From Candidatus Campbellbacteria bacterium (lineage in GTDB: Bacteria > Patescibacteriota > Minisyncoccia > Phycocordibacterales > CSBR16-193), in assembly GCA_007125155.1 (NCBI GenBank), contig SLDR01000016.1, positions 1 through 52,026 of the forward strand: DNA of 52,026 nt, in the 5' to 3' direction. Positions 49,568-52,026 of the stretch are shown piece after piece (within the stretch, counting starts at the first letter, position 1; each line of letters opens with the position of its first letter). Under the pieces are notes generated by a model, which was given only the letters and a program-made list of their open reading frames with translations, did not search any database and was not told where the DNA came from. A program made the position numbers and the translations under genes.

Positions 49568-49737
49568 ATTCTCCGGTCCGCTCCGGATCGATTCAAATAT
49601 TTTTTATAAACGTTCCAATTGAAGAAAAACGGTCATGTGTTATTCTTTATTATTATTGATCTAAAGAATCATAAAGAGATAATACACATATTCCTTTACT
49701 TTTCATACCTTAATAATTAAAACCAAAAGACGAACTG

Positions 49738-50136
49738 ATGAAAAAGAACAATGAAATAGATAAAATCCTCGTAGTTGATGATGACCCCTTCATCTGTGAG
49801 ATATATAAAAAAGTATTTGATAAAGAAGGGATCGAAACGGAGTTCCTGCATTCCGGGATAGAGATGCTCGAAAAACTAAGAGAAAAGAAGGATGATTGCA
49901 AGGTAATACTTTTAGACATATTCATGCCGGACATGGATGGTTTTGAGGCCCTCGAAGAGGCCCATAAGGAAGATCTGATCAACGAAACTTTTGTAATAAT
50001 GCTAAGCAACCAGGCCGATCAAGTGGCTAAAAAAAAGGCTGAGAAATTGGGAGCCAAAAAATTCATAGTAAAATCATCGTTGCTTCCGGAAGATATAACC
50101 AAAGAAGTTATAAAAGCTTGCAAAGAAAACCTTTAA
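49738..50136 (+). CDS. Single-domain response regulator
   Basis: ILVVDDD, ILLDIFMPDMDG, MLS and FIVK motifs. Confidence 0.92.
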   Translation: MKKNNEIDKILVVDDDPFICEIYKKVFDKEGIETEFLHSGIEMLEKLREKKDDCKVILLDIFMPDMDGFEALEEAHKEDLINETFVIMLSNQADQVAKKKAEKLGAKKFIVKSSLLPEDITKEVIKACKENL

Positions 50137-50168
50137 CGTTGATAGGATCCTTTAAAAGGATAAAAGTG

Positions 50169-50239
50169 TCGGGGAGCCGAGAATCGAACTCGAGCCTCAC
50201 GCTCCCAAAGCGTGTATACTACCATTATACTACTCCCCG
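50169..50239 (-). tRNA. tRNA-Pro(TGG)
   Basis: CGGGGAG acceptor, CACGC-TTTGGGA-GCGTG anticodon arm, GTTCGATTC T-loop. Confidence 0.95.
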
Positions 50240-50322
50240 ATCAAAAATATCTCCGTGATATGAACTTATGTCTAAATAAACGTTATTCAGGCGAACATAG
50301 TTTAACATATAAAGACAACCGA

Positions 50323-50706
50323 TTAAAGAAAGATATCTTCCATTATCTTGATCTCTAAAAGATCGCCACTGTAAGAAAAAAAGACCATTACAAGATCTAT
50401 GGACCAAGGGTGATCTTCACGTCCGACACGTTCCAGGAAATTAAGAGCTGTTTTTTCAATTTTTTTTATCTTCTTTATACCGATCCTTTCCGACATCTCC
50501 ATTTCACCTTCAGCGGTTCGACCGAAGCAGCTTTTTACCTCGATAAAATGGAACCTGTTATTTCTAAAGGCGACAATATCGATCTCTCCGCCTTGGATCT
50601 TCAAATTTCTATCTACAATATCAAAGCCCATTTCGGAAAGATAAAAGACAGCGGCATTTTCGCCCTTGTCTCCTTTATCTTTCTTACTCCCTTTTGTTTT
50701 CAACAT
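50323..50706 (-). CDS. YraN family PD-(D/E)xK nuclease-like protein
   Basis: GDKGENAA, GEIDIVA and FIEVK; start placed at ATG 50706. Confidence 0.88.
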   Translation of the reverse strand: MLKTKGSKKDKGDKGENAAVFYLSEMGFDIVDRNLKIQGGEIDIVAFRNNRFHFIEVKSCFGRTAEGEMEMSERIGIKKIKKIEKTALNFLERVGREDHPWSIDLVMVFFSYSGDLLEIKIMEDIFL

Positions 50707-50761
50707 TTTTTGTAAAAGAATGTGATCCAAAAAAACAATTTTCCTGAACTTTTCCTGTCTT

Positions 50762-50790
50762 TTATGCACAAATCCCCAGAGTTATCCACA
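50762..50790 (+). promoter_or_regulatory. Pair of DnaA-box-like sites
   Basis: TTATGCACA at 50762 and a perfect TTATCCACA at 50782. Confidence 0.45.
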
Positions 50791-51080
50791 GTTTCTGTCC
50801 TTAAACCGTCTTTTTAGTGGCTTTTCTTAAAAAACAAAGAAAATAGGGCTCCAATAAAAAGACAGGAACAGTTAAGACCGGTCTTTTTATAAGGATACAT
50901 TAAATATCCCTAAATTACAGTCCCTCAAAGGGCCTTTTTTGCATAAATGAAAAGTTACTTACTTTTAAAAAGTTTCCAAAAAAGCTTTATTTTAAATTCC
51001 GGGTCAACTGACCGGTCCTCGATCTGTCATGGCATTCCTAGAGTGAAAATTTCCAAAGATCGGGCTTCGCGGCGACTTCG

Positions 51081-51398
51081 GTTCGATTCCCTTATCCTCG
51101 CCAAAATACTATCCTTCGACGCTCCGCGTTATCGTCTTTATTTTGTGCGGGATGCGGGACTTGTCCCGTCGTAGCTTTAGCGGAGTGGGAATCGGTCACA
51201 AGTTGCTAAGTAAATTCATCACTGCGTTCTTCATTTACTAAGCACTCGCGACCCCGACTCGGCGACAAGCCTCCCTCGCACAGCTCGGGATCTTGTTTAC
51301 CGCCTCCGTCTTTCGATTCCCACCTCCGGCTACAAAAACATTGTCGCGCAACCACAAGGGTTGCGCTCTGTGTTTTTGTGCGGGATGCGGGAATCGAA
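51081..51398. repeat. Direct and inverted repeats derived from the tRNA-Gly 3' end
   Basis: TTTTGTGCGGGATGCGGGA at 51141 and 51374; degenerate inverted copies at 51081-51108 and 51312-51340. Confidence 0.75.
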
Positions 51399-51449
51399 CC
51401 CGCGTATTCAGCTTGGAAGGCTGACATTTTACCACTAAATTAATCCCGC
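51379..51449 (-). tRNA. tRNA-Gly(TCC)
   Basis: GCGGGAT acceptor, TCAGC-CTTCCAA-GCTGA anticodon arm, GTTCGATTC T-loop. Confidence 0.95.
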
Positions 51450-51566
51450 CTTTTAGAGATCAATATTCTCTACGATTTCAACCTTTCCACTTTATCATAA
51501 ATTTTTATTTTTAGCTAAATAAAAATGTGATAAAATAAGAAAATTAATAGATCTCAATAAAAAAAT

Positions 51567-51890
51567 ATGAAGCAGTTGAATCTGGTAAAAAAAGAATTCG
51601 AGGAAATTGAAAAAGAATTGGCGAACAACAAGAATCTTTACCATAATCTTAAGTCAGAATCAGTCCAAAAGGAGAGCGAACTGAAAAAACTAGAGAGTGA
51701 TCTCAAGGCCAACGAAAATGAGAACGGTAAGATAAAGATGGAAATAGAAAAAACAAAGAAAGAAATACAAGGCAAAGAAAAAGAGATCAAAGAGGCGGAA
51801 AGAAAGATAAGCGAGGCCGAAACAAAGAGAGATTCGAGCATGAAAGAATTAGAGAAAGTTCAAAAAGAGATCGAGAGAATGACGGGTTAA
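51567..51890 (+). CDS. Small coiled-coil hypothetical protein
   Basis: E/K-rich heptad pattern; TGaTAAAAT upstream. Confidence 0.7.
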   Translation: MKQLNLVKKEFEEIEKELANNKNLYHNLKSESVQKESELKKLESDLKANENENGKIKMEIEKTKKEIQGKEKEIKEAERKISEAETKRDSSMKELEKVQKEIERMTG

Positions 51891-51905
51891 AGGCTTAAGT
51901 GCCTT

Positions 51906-52021
51906 TCCTACCCGGGCTCGTCTGTCGCTCCAAGTATTCGCGACATGACTCCGCCTTTCTCGTCCACACGAAAGAGCAGAAATGCTCTTTCTCCGTTCGC
52001 CAGCGCGCCCGGGAGGACTCG
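51906..52021. repeat. tRNA 3'-end fragment (Arg-like) with an inverted copy
   Basis: GCGCGCCCGGGAGGACTCG (52003-52021) is the reverse complement of a tRNA T-arm/acceptor 3' end; TCCTACCCGGGCTCG at 51906 is its inverted copy. Confidence 0.55.
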
Positions 52022-52026
52022 GTGTC

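Noticed and set aside
51206-51435. Short minus-strand ORFs over tRNA-Gly
   Set aside because: They overlap the tRNA and repeat element and are spurious
1-52026. CRISPR arrays, transposases, integrases, rRNA, introns or inteins, and TGA recoding
   Set aside because: None found by eye; conserved genes are uninterrupted and TGA terminates genes normally

Overview
Window from a Patescibacteria (CPR, Parcubacteria-like) chromosome using standard code 11 (TGA serves as stop). Evidence for CPR: no L30 gene, r-proteins with extensions, trigger factor lacking its FKBP domain, type IV pilus and ComEC genes, and few Shine-Dalgarno sites. The left half holds infC-rpmI-rplT, ndk and the str/S10/spc ribosomal cluster on the minus strand. 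That cluster appears split by several internal sigma70-type promoters and by an antisense HExxH protein gene between rplB and rpsS. The right half holds a split ComEC, rnhA, recJ, pgk/tpiA, a type IV pilus locus, nusA, ppa, tig, clpP, rny, HU and three tRNAs. Three observations stand out. (1) Two tandem, separately promoted 6S-like RNAs lie in an ORF-free gap at 3.76-4.21 kb. (2) A self-contained three-gene cassette of unknown exported proteins lies at 28.7-31.5 kb: a lipoprotein, a Gly/Ser-rich beta-repeat protein and a possible beta-hairpin pore subunit. (3) Palindromic elements built from tRNA 3' ends and their inverted copies lie at 51-52 kb. All calls come from reading the sequence by eye; no database search or folding program was run.
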